NCBI GenBank assembly: GCA_016748015.1
Contig: JAAOMT010000617.1
Span: 938,635-1,002,634, forward strand
Source: Geosiphon pyriformis uo1
Lineage: Eukaryota > Fungi > Glomeromycota
Reading direction: 5' to 3'
DNA: 64,000 bases
Under the pieces are notes generated by a model. The model had not been told where the DNA came from, did not search any database, and saw nothing but the letters and a program-made list of their open reading frames with translations. Each line of letters starts with the position of its first letter. Position 1 is the stretch's first letter. Position numbers and translations under genes: made by a program. Shown here in pieces: positions 62,160 through 64,000 of the stretch.

Positions 62160-64000
62160 CAGAAAATACCAAAAAATATGCAAAAAAACTTTAATAACTC
62201 TTTGTCTCCTTAATTTTATGACCACGACCAAAACAAAGAGTAAAAAAGCTGCACCTAATATCTGTCTTGAGATATCTAATAAAATTTCAACCAGAGGAGC
62301 TTTTTCTGTTGTAAAAACAACTAAACAGAATGTTTTAGAAGCCTTTTCTCTACCCAGTAATCGTGATAAGCTGCCTTTAGTAGCTACTAAAGCAACTTTC
62401 TTATCTTTGGCTGGTTTCTTACCAGTCAAAGTTCCCTCAAAGAGACACACTTGGATTAGTCCTAGTGTTGTCTTCACTCCGACTAAGAGTCCAAAAGTTT
62501 TTAATAATAGACCAATAAATAAACTGGTCTTCTCCTTTATAGCTTCAACATCTGGTGCTTCTAGTACCACCTCTTCAAAAAAAATGGTCAAAAAAACCAA
62601 AAGTTCAGAAAAGTGGGAGCAATTGCTTGTCTCTGCTATTGTTACACCGAACCCCTTTGTGGTTCCCAATAAGATCTTAGATGAAATCTCCATAGTATTA
62701 TCTGGCATGTTATTCAAGATGGGCTTAAATCAACCACTGGCTATATTGTCAAATGTGGTGTCTTCTGGCAGATCATTGCTGGTTTTAGAAGCAAAACAAT
62801 CTCCTTCTGTTGAGTCACCTGTTCTTGTGAACTGGACTGATCAAATAAAAACTGAATTATCTCTTTTTCTAGTTTCTGGTACTACTTCTGATGATGCTTG
62901 GAAAACTATTACTAGTCGTCAAAGGTTTGCTGAGTGAGTGGCCTCCACTCTGGTGTCTGGTGCTACTTTTAAAATCAAATTGGCTCATGTTAAGGCTGTT
63001 TTTTAGTCTGTACATGGTTTTTTGGGTGTTAAATCTGTTTCAAAAGACAATATGAAGCTTTTTTATGTGAAATTTGCTTTTCAAACCTCTTTGGATACTG
63101 TGTTTTTAGTTGAGCTTACAAGCTCTGTTTGTCTTGCTACTTTTAAAATTGCCAAGTCTTTGGTGGTTTCTAAGTCTGGATTTCTTTCTGCTGTTGTTGC
63201 ACTGCATGATGTGCTTTTAGGTGTGTCTGCTGCTAATATTAAGACAGCTTTTAGTGTTTTTGGTATAGTTACTCGTGTTGTGCTGAAGTCTGCTGGCATT
63301 TGGCAATATGTGGTAGTTTATTTTGAGAAGTTGGATTCTGCCATGTCTGCTTTGAATCATTGGTCAGTATTGGTGGGCAGGAATAGTGTTAGAATCCTTC
63401 TCTTGGTAAATCAAAATAAGACTATTTTGTTTCATGATAGGTTTAAGGCCAAGTTGGTCAACCTTTCTCTTGGCTGTACTGCCTTTGAAATCAGTAATAT
63501 GATTTCTCAGGTTGGTGGCCGGTTTTGTTTCATTCTTCGGTCTTCTGATTTTGGTCATCATTTTTGCTTTGCTCTAATTATGTTTGGCTCTCAAGCTGAT
63601 TTGGACCTTGCTGTTGCCAATACTAATATGCTTAAAAAGTGCCATATCTGGTAAGAGACTCTTAATTGTCAGCATTGTTTTCAATGTTAAGAAACAAGTC
63701 ACTTGGCTGTAGACTGTAAAGTTGTTTCATTTCTCTTTCTTAAGGCTCCCAAGATGTTCAAACCATGTTTTGTTGGTTTTTTGTCTTATGCTAAGGCATC
63801 TGCTCTCCCTGTTATGTCTGAATTTCCTTCTTTGGTGGCTTTCACTCCTTTTGTGGCTGTTGTTGATCCTGTTGTTGGGTCCAGATTGGACTTTTTGGAA
63901 AAGCAAATTTCGGATTTGGCTGCTTTGGTAAAGTCTATTGTTGAGTCTGTTGGCTCTTTGGTTGCCTTAGTGTCTTGTTTTCTTGATGATAATGCTGTTA
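62160..64000 (+). mobile_element. Second recognisable copy of the ORF1-only element, running off the window end
   Basis: 62218 onward is colinear with 38151-36390 (MTTTKTKSKKAAP...); its 3' end is outside the window, so ORF1-only status is inferred from the other copy. Confidence 0.8.

Overview
Eukaryotic, intron-containing, AT-rich fungal DNA. The repeat proteins resemble Glomeromycota (Geosiphon-type) repeat-derived hypothetical proteins; this is from recall and unverified. The first ~9 kb holds three host genes on the minus strand: a low-complexity protein with a SERTA-like motif, a 4-exon class I SAM methyltransferase and mitochondrial methionyl-tRNA formyltransferase (FMT1). The remaining ~55 kb is a nested transposon block whose junctions and target-site duplications (TSDs) can be read directly. 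(i) An ORF1-only non-LTR element is joined tail-to-head to a full LINE (EN-RT-RNase H), and one 12-bp TSD flanks the pair (11260-38243). (ii) Ty3/gypsy element A is inserted in that LINE's ORF1, and Ty3/gypsy element B is inserted in A's pol. (iii) Ty3/gypsy element C carries a Tc1 insertion. (iv) Two more LINEs and two more ORF1-only copies are present, separated by near-pure A/T tracts. Main observations: a LINE plus ORF1-only satellite pair sharing a covarying 3' RNA structure and a 5' motif; three Ty3/gypsy families that share a homologous accessory ORF after integrase and appear to encode integrase as a separate cistron; a U_UUA_AAC -1 frameshift signal; dUTPase plus an unexplained Cys-rich domain in pol; and transition-only C:G->T:A hypermutation of the repeats.
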